Positions 50,140 through 61,836 of a DNA stretch of 64,000 nt are shown in pieces; the first letter of the stretch is position 1; each line of letters starts with the position of its first letter. The notes under the pieces were generated by a model. It was not told where the DNA came from. It saw only the letters and a list, made by a program, of their open reading frames with translations, and did no database searches. A program made the position numbers and the translations under genes. Origin of the DNA: Selaginella moellendorffii (lineage: Eukaryota > Plantae > Lycopodiophyta); NCBI RefSeq assembly GCF_000143415.4, contig NW_003314311.1:478181-542180 (forward strand), written 5' to 3'.

Positions 50140-51437
50140 TGGACATCAACGAAGAATTTTCTTGCATCTCTGAGAAATAACTTCTTGATGACAGGTTTAG
50201 CACTTCTGTGTACATACAGTAGTCCAAATTCCAAATTCAGATGGTCAAGAGAATCCTGCTAATTGTAAGCAAATACGTACAAAGTATAGGTTTAAAATTG
50301 TAAGCTAAGGATGATAAAATATGTTTTTATCATGGACGGTTTTCTTCATCATTGGAACTATATACTTACACAGGTAGTTGCATAAAGAACGGGACAAATC
50401 GGGGCAGTGGAATCTGGACGGCGTTATATAAACTTTGAGTGGAGCTTAGGCGATTCCTATAGCTTGACGGCACAGCTTGATTCTTTTGTTGTTTGTGATT
50501 GGGACTTCCAAATTGTTTGGATGCTAATGACCTTCATTTGTTCTTGTTTTCAATATTCATGGTTGGTATGGTCACTGGAAAAGTATGCTTTATATACTAA
50601 TTTGCTATGATCATGATCCACTTAAGGTCGGTTGTTTGTTAATTACATACTAATTTGATCACTTTAGCTGGGCAGACTTGCGGCAGAAAGTGTCAAGAAC
50701 GTTTCCTGTGACTTCACATGGGGCTGTGAGATCTTAAAACTTAAAACTCGTACAGTTCGAGAAAGTTGGTCAAAAAGAGAGGATTTGAGGTTGAAAGTTT
50801 GGAAGTTTGTCTCAACTTAAACGCTATTGAGTGAAAAACAAGTGAAGGGAAGGTTCACACAACTCTAAACTTTTTCATAAATCGTGCCGACTATCAGACA
50901 ACATGCGTTGGGACGGGCATGACTGCATGAGTGCTCCACCTCGATGGAATAATACCGCGCACAAGCATCGAGTATTTGTATAATTTTTACTAAAATACTA
51001 AATTAGAGCATGGTCTAACTTAATTATTTTTGGAATCCACCGCGTCGAAAAATCGGATATCCATTAGAAAATTTTCTCGCACAAGAGAATACCAGAATTA
51101 CTATCCTGCCAATGGCATATGGCGTATATAATGGACATTCCAAGATGGAATATTGTGGGCATCTAGATTCAGCCCAATGAACATGCACCACGTGGATTCG
51201 TGTGTTGTCCACGTGTGCGTGGTGCAAAGTTGCGTTTCTTACAAATTGCGCGCCATGAGAGGAAGTCTCCACAAAGTTTTGTCTCCCAACGCAACTTCCC
51301 TTCATGTTCCACGGGGAATAGTTGTTTTACCGTGATTTGCGAGAGATTTATTCATCCATATCCTGCAAGTAGAGTTCTTGAGAGCGATTCAAGTTAGTTG
51401 ATCTCGAAAAGAGCGTTTCTCGATTTCTATAAGAAGA

Positions 51438-52889
51438 ATGCCGTCGAGTTTCTACGAGAATGACACTGGCAGCGAGAGTTTTAGCAGCAGCAGCACGAAA
51501 TTCAGCTCCATTCCCGCCAGCTCTAATACCAGCGATGCCGATCGATCATCTGGACGAGAGTCATGGTCTCTGAAAAGAAGCCTCAATCGTATTCACAATT
51601 CTAGAACAACTCGAGGAGCCGAAGGAGGAGGAGAAGTCGAAGATCAAGCTCGCGAACAATTTCGCCACGCCTCTTATTCCTGCCTGGGTTCTTTCCGGGC
51701 TCCACAAGGTCCCATTTTCTCTCTTTGCTGGGCTGGGAAAGATCTAGATCATGGGCTTTTGCTCGCTGGCTCCCAGGACAGCCATATCAGTCTGTGGCAG
51801 TGCTTCCACCGATCAGAGAATGAAGGAGCTTTGATCCACTTATCGGACTTCGCCAAGCTTGGAGATGGTGGCTGCGTCAAGTCCCTCCTCCAAATCACCC
51901 ACAGAGGCAGAGCACTCTTCCTCAGCGCTCACCAGGACAACAAGATCCGCGTCTGGAAGACAGTCGAGCTTCTCAAGATCAACGAATTCGACTCCATCGC
52001 CAAGAACAGCAACAGATCATTCACGATGAAGCTCCTGGCGACGCTGCCCCGGGCCAGAGACGTCGCGAGGTCGTGTATGTTTCCCGCGAGGTATGTTCGC
52101 GTTCGTCGCCACAAGACTTGCCTGTGGCTCCAGCACACGGACACGATCTCGTCGCTCGCGAGCTCTCACGACGGATCTCTCGCCTTCTCGAGCTCCTGGG
52201 ATCGCAGCGTCAAGGTCTGGAAGGTCTCCGACCTGCGATGCCTGCAATCCTTCCGAGCTCACGACGACGCGATCAATGCGCTGGTTGCGTCGCCGGAGGG
52301 ATTTCTCTACACGGGATCCGCGGACTCGACGATCAGGGTGTGGAAGAAAGGGGGAAGCGATAGGAAGAAGAATTTTGCGCTGCTCGGCACACTGTTCCAC
52401 GAGACGCTATCAAAGAGCGCTCGCAATGGCTCTACTGCAGTGAACGCGCTGGTTCTTGGGGGCGAGTTTCTCTACGCTGGACTCTCGGATTCCACAATTG
52501 CGGTGTGGGAGAAATCGCTAGCAGTGGTTGTTCTTGGCGATCGCGATCGCGATCACGATGATCCGTACATGAGTTGCGTGGAAAGATTGCGAGGGCACCG
52601 TGGAGCGGTGCTGTGCCTGGGACGCGCCGGGGAATTACTGTGCAGTGGATCCGCGGACGCGACCGTGAGGATCTGGAGTGGAGGGCTCGGTGGTCACTGT
52701 TGCCTGGGAGTTTTGAAAGGGCATACGGGACCGATCAAGTCGCTCGTGGTCGTGGCCATGGATCCGCGAGAGAAGAACGATGATATCGCGGAAGAAGATC
52801 GCAGAGAGGGAGACGAAGAGCGCGCGTTTTGTATCTATAGTGGAGGTCTGGATCGGCAAATCCGAGCGTGGAAGGTGCGCGCATTCTAA
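51438..52889 (+). CDS. WD40 protein, JINGUBANG-like
   Basis: Intronless 483 aa: SAHQDNKIRVWK, YVRVRRHKTCLWLQHTDTISSL, SWDRSVKVW..CLQSFRAHDDAINALV, LRGHRGAVLCL, YSGGLDRQIRAW. Confidence 0.9.
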   Translation: MPSSFYENDTGSESFSSSSTKFSSIPASSNTSDADRSSGRESWSLKRSLNRIHNSRTTRGAEGGGEVEDQAREQFRHASYSCLGSFRAPQGPIFSLCWAGKDLDHGLLLAGSQDSHISLWQCFHRSENEGALIHLSDFAKLGDGGCVKSLLQITHRGRALFLSAHQDNKIRVWKTVELLKINEFDSIAKNSNRSFTMKLLATLPRARDVARSCMFPARYVRVRRHKTCLWLQHTDTISSLASSHDGSLAFSSSWDRSVKVWKVSDLRCLQSFRAHDDAINALVASPEGFLYTGSADSTIRVWKKGGSDRKKNFALLGTLFHETLSKSARNGSTAVNALVLGGEFLYAGLSDSTIAVWEKSLAVVVLGDRDRDHDDPYMSCVERLRGHRGAVLCLGRAGELLCSGSADATVRIWSGGLGGHCCLGVLKGHTGPIKSLVVVAMDPREKNDDIAEEDRREGDEERAFCIYSGGLDRQIRAWKVRAF

Positions 52890-53177
52890 TTCTACCCTGG
52901 ACCAACGTTTGACAAGTGTTTGACTGGAATGAATATTCGTTTAAAATAGATTTGGCATCCTCTTTAAGATGAAAGAATATTCAAGAGTATACTTGAATAT
53001 ACTAGGTATTTTCTCTGAAACAGAAGAAATAAAATAAATTTGGCATCTCTAAAGAATATTCTCCTATAAAGTTATGGAAGAAAAGTTCTTCCTTGTTGCT
53101 AAAGAAAATGGGGCAAAAAAATAGTTTTGTTCTTTTGTAGAGCTCTGCCTTCTTTTTTTCCATTTTTTTTCTCCACC

Positions 53178-55451
53178 ATGGCAGGCTTTCTCGTGCACGC
53201 TTTTCTTCTCCAACTGATAGGAATCGCGATCCTCGCCGCGGCGAGCGATACCAGAGCGCTCTTATCCTTGAAAAATGGAGTGGGCGATCCATCGCGGAGC
53301 CTCGAGAGCTGGAACGCGAGCACGCCCTCTTGCCAATGGCAAGGCGTGCTTTGCTCCGTCCATGGCCGCGTCGCGTCCCTGAGCCTCCAGTTCTTGGAGC
53401 TCCCGGCCTCTCTCCTGGCTTCCACCATCGAAGAGCTCCCCCGGCTCCGCCAGCTAAACGTCTCGGCCAGCAACTTCACGGAGCCCCTGGCTGGGATCAC
53501 TCTCCACTCGTGCTCGCTCGAGTCCCTAAACATTTCCAGGAACAGTGAGCTCCGCGGGAGTTTTCCAATCGAGTTTCTTACCAGGTGCTCGGGCTTGCGG
53601 CGGCTGGACCTCTCGCAAAACCAGATAAGTGGCTCGATCTCTGGAGCGTCTTTCGGCGATGGTCGCTATGAGAGCTTGCAATGGCTGGACCTGTCCGGGA
53701 ATGATCTGGCTGGAGCGATTCCTCCAGAGCTCCTCACTGCCTGTACCAATCTCCGGGAGCTCTACCTGTCTTACAACAGCTTCTCCGGGGCTTTCCCATC
53801 GCTCGGCTTCTCCAACAGCATCCGGAAGCTCAAGCTGGCCGGGAACTCTTTCACCGCTTTCGAGATCCGGTCGGGGGCTGCGTGTCGGAAGCTGGTCGAG
53901 CTGGACGTGTCGGCTAACAACATCTCCGGAAAGCTCTTCGTCCAGCCGACGCCGTCCTGTCCGAAGCTCAAGCATCTCAACATCTCGCTCAACTCCTTCT
54001 CTGGAACACCAGGCGACATTCTCGGTCGTCAAAGCTTAGAAAACGATGGTTTCTTACCGTCTCTCGAAGTTCTCGACGCCAGCTACAACGGGTTCGCCGG
54101 TGAAGTCCTCGGGATTCACCAGAACCTCGCGTTTCTCAACTTCAGCTCTAACAGATTCACCACGATTCGGGACAGCTTTTGTCTGGAGCAGAGCCCGCCG
54201 TTCAAGTTGACGAGCCTTCTACTGCCAAACAACAAGCTCGGCGTACGGGTGCTCGACTCGCTCGCAAACTGCACCAGTTTGGAGATGCTGGATTTTAGTT
54301 TCAACAACGCAACTGGAGAAATACCGGATCGTTTATGTGAGAACCACCCGCAGCTCCAGCATCTTCTTGCGTGGGTGAACAAACTCCAGGGCATCGTTCC
54401 GCCAGCTCTCGGGAATTGCACCAATCTGACCATCGCACTTTTGAGTTACAACAATCTGCATGGAGCTATCCCTCCGGACATCTCTCGCCTTCAGAACTTG
54501 TGGTGGCTTTCGTTGTCTTCAAACAGACTGACTGGGAAAATCCCGCCATCCCTGGGAGAGCTGCAAACCATCGTAGTTCTCCAGCTCGGAAACAACTCTC
54601 TGGAAGGTGGCGTACCTCTGGAGCTGTCGAAGTGCAAAAATCTGGTCATGTTGGACCTGAGTGCGAACCAGCTCACGGGCACGGTTCCTTCTCGCGTTGG
54701 TCGCGATTACACCGGAGAAATGGTTCTCGGTTTGGCCCCGGTCGTAGCAAGCTCCCTGGGGAACTGTAAAATTCTCGAGGTCCAGTTCTCCAAGTGCCGA
54801 GGAAGGGACGGGTTGTTTGCGCTCCAGGGACTCCGCCTGGAAGACTTGGAGCAGCGTGTGAGTGAGTTGGCGACCGAGTGCGTTTGGTCGATGCAATATC
54901 TGCCGCTGTTCAAGGTGGAACTGACCAGCCTCATCGTCCTGACTCTTTCGTACAACAATCTCACTGGTGGTATTCCTGGAGAATTGAGCAGCATGCAGAA
55001 CTTGTATAAGCTGGATCTGGCACACAACTTTCTGGCCGGTCCGATACCTGAGTCGGTTGGTCAGCTCAAGAACATCCAGGTGCTGGACCTTTCAGAGAAT
55101 TTCCTGAGCGGCCGGATTCCGGATTCGATTTCCGGGCTGACTTTTCTTTTCAACTTCAACGTTTCCTACAACAGATTGTCAGGCATGATTCCTCAGAAAG
55201 GCCAGCTTACCACTTTTCAGAGCAGTAGCTTTGAAGGTAATCCAGGACTGTATGGTTTCCCTCTCTCCAACATCCGCCCACAGGATTCTCCAGCCTTATC
55301 TGTAGAAGAACATCATTCGGACGATGGTTACCGTGAGGAGCTCCTGGCTGGAGTCCCATGCTTTATCATTTCGTTTCTGGTAGCCACCACCGCAACAATC
55401 CTTTTGACTCGTGCAAGGCAAGTCCAAAAAGTTCTAGGCCTGCGTAGATAA
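53178..55451 (+). CDS. LRR receptor-like protein (signal peptide, LRRNT, ~20 LRRs, island, TM, short tail, no kinase)
   Basis: MAGFLVHAFLL signal, SW..CQWQGVLC cap, LxxLxLSxNxLxGxIP repeats, GQLTTFQSSSFEGNPGLYG, TM CFIISFLVATTATILL, basic tail then stop. Confidence 0.92.
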   Translation: MAGFLVHAFLLQLIGIAILAAASDTRALLSLKNGVGDPSRSLESWNASTPSCQWQGVLCSVHGRVASLSLQFLELPASLLASTIEELPRLRQLNVSASNFTEPLAGITLHSCSLESLNISRNSELRGSFPIEFLTRCSGLRRLDLSQNQISGSISGASFGDGRYESLQWLDLSGNDLAGAIPPELLTACTNLRELYLSYNSFSGAFPSLGFSNSIRKLKLAGNSFTAFEIRSGAACRKLVELDVSANNISGKLFVQPTPSCPKLKHLNISLNSFSGTPGDILGRQSLENDGFLPSLEVLDASYNGFAGEVLGIHQNLAFLNFSSNRFTTIRDSFCLEQSPPFKLTSLLLPNNKLGVRVLDSLANCTSLEMLDFSFNNATGEIPDRLCENHPQLQHLLAWVNKLQGIVPPALGNCTNLTIALLSYNNLHGAIPPDISRLQNLWWLSLSSNRLTGKIPPSLGELQTIVVLQLGNNSLEGGVPLELSKCKNLVMLDLSANQLTGTVPSRVGRDYTGEMVLGLAPVVASSLGNCKILEVQFSKCRGRDGLFALQGLRLEDLEQRVSELATECVWSMQYLPLFKVELTSLIVLTLSYNNLTGGIPGELSSMQNLYKLDLAHNFLAGPIPESVGQLKNIQVLDLSENFLSGRIPDSISGLTFLFNFNVSYNRLSGMIPQKGQLTTFQSSSFEGNPGLYGFPLSNIRPQDSPALSVEEHHSDDGYREELLAGVPCFIISFLVATTATILLTRARQVQKVLGLRR

Positions 55452-55921
55452 AGAAGTGTGTATATAAACTTCGATCGGATTTAAGAACGTCGTCGTTATA
55501 TTTAAGAACATAACGCCGACGTAGTCGTTTTGTAAAGTGGTGCTGTATAAACTCTTTTCTATTGGCAATAGAATGTTCTTAAGAAAAATCTTGGGACCGA
55601 TCACTCCCTGTAAGGTATCGACAAAAGTTATCTTTTAAATTGACATTTCACCTTTTGCGAAGGATAGCCTTGTTAAACACGGAAACATTTTGAGGAGAAA
55701 CTACCACCTCAATCGAGCTAAGAGAACGACATTTTTTCATAGAAACAATCATACGCCAATCTGAAGAAAACAGAGTTACGATTCTTGCGGAAAAAATCTA
55801 CGAAATTACGCATACACACCTAAGCCTCCCTTTTAGTGGTCCGCTATATACATTGAAACTGCAAGAACATGATCGATAGGTGAAAGACAAGACTCGATAA
55901 AGATACCTCTTGAGCAAGCTA

Positions 55922-57488
55922 CTACCAAATAGCAGTATAGCACCCTTTTTGACCATACAAAGCTGGACCACCAACGGCGAGCAAAGAGGTGCCAGTCACG
56001 TCATATGAATGTGCATAAACAGCATGCCATTTGAAGTCTCGTTCGGCCTACAGAAAACGTAGATCAGAACCATAGCTTTTTTTATGGGTCACTCTTTACT
56101 GGAGCTCCTCTGCCAATCTTGTAATATAAGTGCTTATTTCCGCTAGCGTCCGGGTCTGCGATCCAGAAACGGATTACGACGCAATAGAAAATAATCTACG
56201 ACATACCGAGAGTAAGGTACTTCATCGCTCTCATCTCGAAGAAAGATAATCGTCCCTTTCCACCTCCACATGTTAGCAAAGGACCTCTGAGACTCAACGA
56301 GCGAACACCTGCTAAGCCAAAATGAAAGATCCGTATATAAAGTCTAGATGTTACCCCAGCCGTCGTCCAGAGATTCAATGTGTTTAGTAAGATGCCCACA
56401 TCTCATGTCGATGAAAGATACGTGCTTTTGAGAACCAACAGCCAAAACCGGGTACTGAATGGCAAGGCACTGCAAGTGCCTTCTGTAGTGCAGCTGGACG
56501 GTTGAAATCTAAAGAAGAAAGAAAACTAATATTATTCAAAGGAAGCTTGAAATACTTACCACTTCCATCACGTGTGGATCCCATATTTTGCAAGTGCCAT
56601 CTTGACTCAGCGTCCCTAGAATCTGGAATGGAGTTGTAAAGATAAGAAATTCCAGTCTTGTTACCTCAGCCTGGGAACAGTATTTTATATCCCTCACTTT
56701 ATCCCGGTGATATCTTCTCTCAGCAATGGGGCTTTCGTTGAGGTAAGAGCGGCTCCGGGTCACTGACCAGAGCTTTACAGTGGAATCCCGAGAACCTGTA
56801 GAGCAATCAATCATAGAAAGAGCCAGGACGATAAAAAGAAAAGAAGGAAACTTGACACAAACCAGTTGCAAGAACTGTGTCCGTAAGCCAGGAGGTTGCA
56901 AAAATCCAGTCGTCGTGTTTCTGCAAAAGGTAAAAGTTGTAAGCAAACAAAGAAAAAAGAAGCTCACCTTTAAGAGCTGCAATGGTTGGAAGGATGGAAG
57001 TCGAAAGACTGCAGCATCGTTTGGATGATCCGCTCCAGTCACGAGAAGCGACTTGGAGAGATTGAGCGAGCTAACGGATGAGGATCACGTCCACGATCGA
57101 GCAGAAATAGAAAAATCGTTGGAAGGATACATAGAGTGGATGCCGCAGGAAGAATCCACGGGCTCTGGCCGGCTCCACGAGTTCCTGCGAGGAAGTGTTA
57201 TCTCGACACGTCGATCCTTCTGCGAGTGGACGAGCAGCAATTTGTTGTCCTTGGTGCCGAGCGCTACATTGGCATCGTCGATCCATGCCGCGGCAAACAC
57301 CTTATCGCAGCTGCTGGATCCGATCGAGAGCTCGCGCTCGCGAAGGACGTGAGGGACATGGCACGCGGCTCTCTCCTTGCACAATCGCAGCTCTTCCCTG
57401 CGAAATATTCTCGTCGCGCATCGAAATCCAGCCAAGAATCTTACCCGCATTGGTTCGAAACCTCGCGTTTGCCGATGTAATCGATCAT
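55922..57488 (-). CDS. DCAF12: DCAF12-like WD40 substrate receptor of the CUL4-DDB1 ligase, multi-exon
   Basis: MIDYIGKREV, PHVLRERE..DKVFAAAW..VALGTKDNKL, CGIHS, LLVTGADHPNDAAVFRLPSFQP, GSRDSTVKLW, LTCGGGKGRLSFFEMRAMKYL, AVYAHSYDVTGTSLLAVGGP..GCYTAIW*. These parallel animal DCAF12 motifs in the same order. Confidence 0.8.
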
Positions 57489-57603
57489 CGCCAGGGAATT
57501 TCATGAGAGATCGCGATCCCGCCGCTCGCAGCGCCAACGATAAACCCTACCTATTTGTCACGCAAATGGCAAATATTTCTAGGGTTCTTGCGAAGCGAAG
57601 GCA

Positions 57604-58278
57604 ATGCGCCCACGATGCGATGGATGCGATAGGCCCTGCGCGGCGTGCCTGTGCCCGGCCATGCCCAAGGAGCGCATCCAGACGCGAAGAACAAGCGTGA
57701 TCGTGCTGCAGCACCCGCTGGAGACGAGGCAGAAGCTCGCGACGGTACCGATTCTCGCCAAATGCCTCCATCCGGACTCCTGCGAGGTGATCGTCGGGCG
57801 GCGATTGAGGAAGGGATGCTCGGCGCAGCTGGATCGGCTCCTGGGATCGCCCGGATCGCCGGCATTGCAACCGGTCTTGCTGCTATTCCCAACGCCAGAC
57901 GCCACGGAGATCTCTTCCTGGGCGAGAATTGGCGATGGAGCAGCAGGCGCCGAGAGGATCGTCTTGCTGATCGTGGACGCGACCTGGCAGCACGCCAAGG
58001 AGATGGTGAGCGCTAGCATGGAATTCCTGCGGGGATTCGCGATCCCGGTGTGCCTGCCGTTTGACAAGCGCAAGGAGGGGCTGGGAATGGGAGGGAATTC
58101 GGACCTAATCCTCAAGAAGGAGCCCTACCATGGGTGTATGAGCAGCATGGAGGCAGTGGCGAGGGCGCTGGGCGTGTTGGAGGGCGAAAATGGGGGAGAG
58201 ATCGAGCGGGCATTGCTATCGGTGCTTCACAGGATGGTCTCGCTACAAATCTCCCATTTGCCACAATGTAAGAATTAG
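57604..58278 (+). CDS. DTW-domain tRNA-uridine aminocarboxypropyltransferase (DTWD2/TapT-like)
   Basis: RPRCDGCDRPCAACLC, VLQHPLE, LLFP, IVDATWQHAKEM, KKEP..CMSSMEAVARAL. Confidence 0.93.
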   Translation: MRPRCDGCDRPCAACLCPAMPKERIQTRRTSVIVLQHPLETRQKLATVPILAKCLHPDSCEVIVGRRLRKGCSAQLDRLLGSPGSPALQPVLLLFPTPDATEISSWARIGDGAAGAERIVLLIVDATWQHAKEMVSASMEFLRGFAIPVCLPFDKRKEGLGMGGNSDLILKKEPYHGCMSSMEAVARALGVLEGENGGEIERALLSVLHRMVSLQISHLPQCKN

Positions 58279-58429
58279 GGTTCTTCTTTTTTCAAACTGC
58301 TGAGATGATACGAAGAATTAGGTCTCCTTATTTTTCAAACTTAGGTCTATCGGCTGGGATGATGCACGTGTACGGTCAAGATGATTTAAAATCTCTCGTT
58401 TGCTTCAAAAAGAACTAAGAACATCGCCT

Positions 58430-58729
58430 CTACTTCTCAGACGAATTGGGGCCGCGCTTCTTGCCAAATCCGACCACTGAAAGCGCGAATCGTGAGCGAA
58501 ACAGCAAGAAAATTTCAATCGCTAGCTCACCGGCGGTGACGAATCGCCTGTTGTATTGCTCCCTCTTGTGCGCCCGGCCCTTGGGCTTCTTCTTCTTGTC
58601 CTGCTTCTGGACCTTGGGCGTCTGGCCGCGCACCTTGCCCGCTCGGGCCAAAGATCCGTGCACCTTACCTGGAATCACAAGAAAACGCTATTGCTACAAG
58701 CGCAAATCCTCGCTCGCGGACTTACTCAT
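58430..58729 (-). CDS. RPS30: 40S ribosomal protein S30 (eS30), 3 exons
   Basis: ATG A|intron|GT AAG gives [41 protein letters not shown]|[15 protein letters not shown]. Confidence 0.96.
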
Positions 58730-58929
58730 CTTCCTCGCCGCCTCTGGAACTCCTTGCCCTAAATTTCACTTAGGGTTTTAGACAGAAGAATATTCTTTAG
58801 ATTCCTTTACTTTTACATTAAGTTTATTTTTATTGCGGAAAAAATACTTTATATTCCTTTTTCTTTAATACGACTAGAGATTAAAGAAATTAGGGCTCTT
58901 ATTAGGTAAGGCTTGGTTGTGAGGAAGAA

Positions 58930-60267
58930 ATGCGCCTCTGGAGCGCCTTGGTGCTATGGGTCCTTCTCGCGGCGCTGCTCAGCACGGCCGATCGGAGAAT
59001 CGCCGAGTGGCGAGGTGTGTCGACCGAGAGATCGTCGTCGCAGTGGCAAAGATTTCGGATCCAGCTCCCGACGCTTGCCGATGGAGTTTCTTTTGGCTAC
59101 ATTGTGGATGATTCTTCGTCGCTGGTCGATTCGGCGGCATCGTGGCTGCGCCGCGCCGCGGACCGCGTCTCCGGGGCCTTCTGGGGTTTTGTGGACTTCT
59201 TGGAGCGCTCCAGGCGCGATTTCTACTCCAAGATCAACAATCTTGTGCTTCCGGCGCGCTCTTCCTTCGTAAGCTCCTCGAAATCTTCGTGAAACTAGCA
59301 TAGTTTGTGACACACTTCTTGTTCGTGGCAGAGGTCTCCATTTGGTAATTCCGGAGCTACTGAGCCGCTTGCTGCTGTGATTCCGGAGCCACCGACGATA
59401 TCCCACACACATGACCTGAGAGAGCGGCTCTACCTTGCAGCGGATAAAGCGATCAAAGCCTTTTCTTTTTACGACCGGCCAGGTTCTTGTTTGAGTAAGT
59501 ACTCTTGTAAAGTGGGTTCGAGTGTGCTGCTAAGCTTTATGCTTTCTAGGCGCCGTGGATGGGGAATTGCCGGTGTTGAGAGAAATGGTGAAGCACGAGC
59601 TCGGGGCAGGAGTTTGTGGAGCTGCGGAAGTGGACCATGAGTTTGTGAGTATTTTTCTTTTGCGTACCACCACAAGTTCTTAAACACTTCCCTTGTTTAG
59701 TGCAAGGTCTTCAACATTGACAAGGAGATGACTGTCGATATGGTTTTCTCAATCTTGAACGTTAACCCAGTCGATGTTGTTGCAAGGCATGTGGAACAAA
59801 AGCGGCACTGTCACAGTGAATTCGGAGCCGGACACTGGCAGAAGAATGTGAGTCGCTTTTTTGCTGTTTGTTTTGCAAGTGATTAACTGCGATGCTGTGC
59901 AGGCTCTTGCTCTTGGACATATGTTTCACGAGAGTAACAAATTCGCTACGGCGATTGTTGACAGCCCTGAAGGTAGTATAACACGAAAGACGTTTCTCCA
60001 GCGGCTTCGTACTCACAAGAATGCTTGCAGAGTCCTATCAGCATGCTGCTTCTCTTTCTCGACTGGGACAAGAGCGGGTGCCTTTGATTTGCAAGAGCAC
60101 TCGTTGTCCAGATGTGCTCCAAGCTGTGAGTAACAACTCGATACGTCTTGTCGCCCGTTACTAACATGAGGTATTTCTTTTCAGTGCCACCTCAGGAAGA
60201 AGCATCCAAATGTCTTTGCGGCGCTCTTCTCTTCGACCTTCCGCCCCTGGGACATTGCACGCGGTGA
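58930..60267 (+). CDS. Hypothetical secreted Cys-containing protein, ~6 exons
   Basis: MRLWSALVLWVLLAALLSTA signal peptide. Exons join in frame through GT-AG introns to ..KCLCGALLFDLPPLGHCTR* (TGA 60265-60267). No family recognised. Confidence 0.55.
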
Positions 60268-61143
60268 CACACTGGCTCCGCGACGCCTGATCCGCTACCG
60301 AAGGGCAATGCTTTTCCCTCGCATGCCAGTCATGGGCATCCAGGTTTACAGCGACAGCAGGGTCGTCACGACGCTCGTGGCTTTTGGAACTCTCAGCCTT
60401 GACAAACCGATCGAGAGACCTGTCGCAGTGCCGCAAATCAGGAAGCGCGAAACTGACGAGCCTGTCATCAGGATGAACGCAAAGAGTGCTGGAGCTGCCG
60501 CGATGTGAGCGGTGCTTGCGGTGTACATACTAAGAAACTCAAGCTGTTCGTTTTACTACTGCAACTACTACCGCAGCCGAGAATAATCTACGTACATTTT
60601 CTCCTTGCTTAACTTTCCATATTCATCTCTGTGTTTTTGTCTCTGAGATTTTTCCTTCAGTAATTTTAGTTCGCTCAACCAGATCATCTCGACTTTGGGT
60701 ACGTAGTAGTTTTTTTTTTCTTATCAGCTTTTTCAATTTAGTGACGACTGATTATCTGAATTTGTGACTGCTGAATAGGTGGATGAGAAAGTGATATGCA
60801 ATTTCCCCTGACTGACACTGAAAGGGAGATGGAACTACTGTAGCTCCTCACCGGTTCCTACTTAACTCTCGATCGTTCTTGATCCTTTCATTGACAAAAG
60901 CTGCAGTACGTGACAGGGAGATTATCCAAGTCATTTGTACCGCAACATGATGCTGAAAAGCATGAGGCAGTTAACATCCTCTAGCAGACGGCTCAGAGAT
61001 GGGGGTGGAAGTTGCCGTAAAAGAAGCAAGCAATTAAAACGGCTGTCAGAGCTGGAATGAGAGAGAACTGTGGTGAAAGGTTTTTCACTCGGCAACACAG
61101 GTACAATGAGATCTCTTTCTTCATGTGGTCCTGATCTCACTCC

Positions 61144-61836
61144 ATGCAGATGTTGTCTCAGGAGGCACCACAGTGCGATGGTGGTCAAGAAGAAAACGAT
61201 CAAGAAGAAAACGAGCGAAGGAACTTTGTGGAGTCCTTCCAGCAGTGCTGCCCGCCCGGTGGCGAGTCAAGCGTTGTTCTCTACTGCACCAGCCTGAGGG
61301 GTATTCGAAAGACGTACGAGGACTGCCGGAGCATGCAGATGCTCTTCCGGACGCTGGGCATCAACATCGACGAGAGAGACGTGTCAATGCACTCGGGCTT
61401 CCGGACGGAGCTGCGGCAACTCCTGGGTGCTCCGGTGGGCCTGCCGCGGGTGTTCATCGCGGGGAGATTCATCGGTGGTGCCGAGGAAGTGAGATCGATG
61501 CACGAGCAGGGAAATCTGGCGAGGCTGCTCCAGGGGATGGTCTCCCGGCATGGATCGTTCCTGGCCTGCGACGGGTGTGGTGGGATGAGGTTCGTTCCGT
61601 GCCGCTGGTGCCGTGGAAGCTGCAAGCTTTTCCTGGTGGGAGGCGGCGGTGTGAAGAAATGCCCGCATTGCAACGAGAACGGCATAGTTCGCTGCCCGAT
61701 TTGCTCGTCGCCTAAAGCGGTACTCGTCTCACGTTTCTTAATGTTTCTCGTGGCTCTTATGATTGTCATGGTTTTCCAGGTGACACTTCACATTAACGCG
61801 AGCCACAGAGAACTGTATCCAGGTACACTGCCATGA
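61144..61836 (+). CDS. Glutaredoxin-domain Cys-rich protein (class IV / GRX-like)
   Basis: CPPGGESSVVLYCTSLRGIRKTYEDC, ERDVSMHSGFRTEL, LPRVFIAGRFIGG, CDGCGGMRFVPCRWCRGSCK, CPHCNENGIVRCPIC. Termini may be spliced. Confidence 0.9.
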   Translation: MQMLSQEAPQCDGGQEENDQEENERRNFVESFQQCCPPGGESSVVLYCTSLRGIRKTYEDCRSMQMLFRTLGINIDERDVSMHSGFRTELRQLLGAPVGLPRVFIAGRFIGGAEEVRSMHEQGNLARLLQGMVSRHGSFLACDGCGGMRFVPCRWCRGSCKLFLVGGGGVKKCPHCNENGIVRCPICSSPKAVLVSRFLMFLVALMIVMVFQVTLHINASHRELYPGTLP

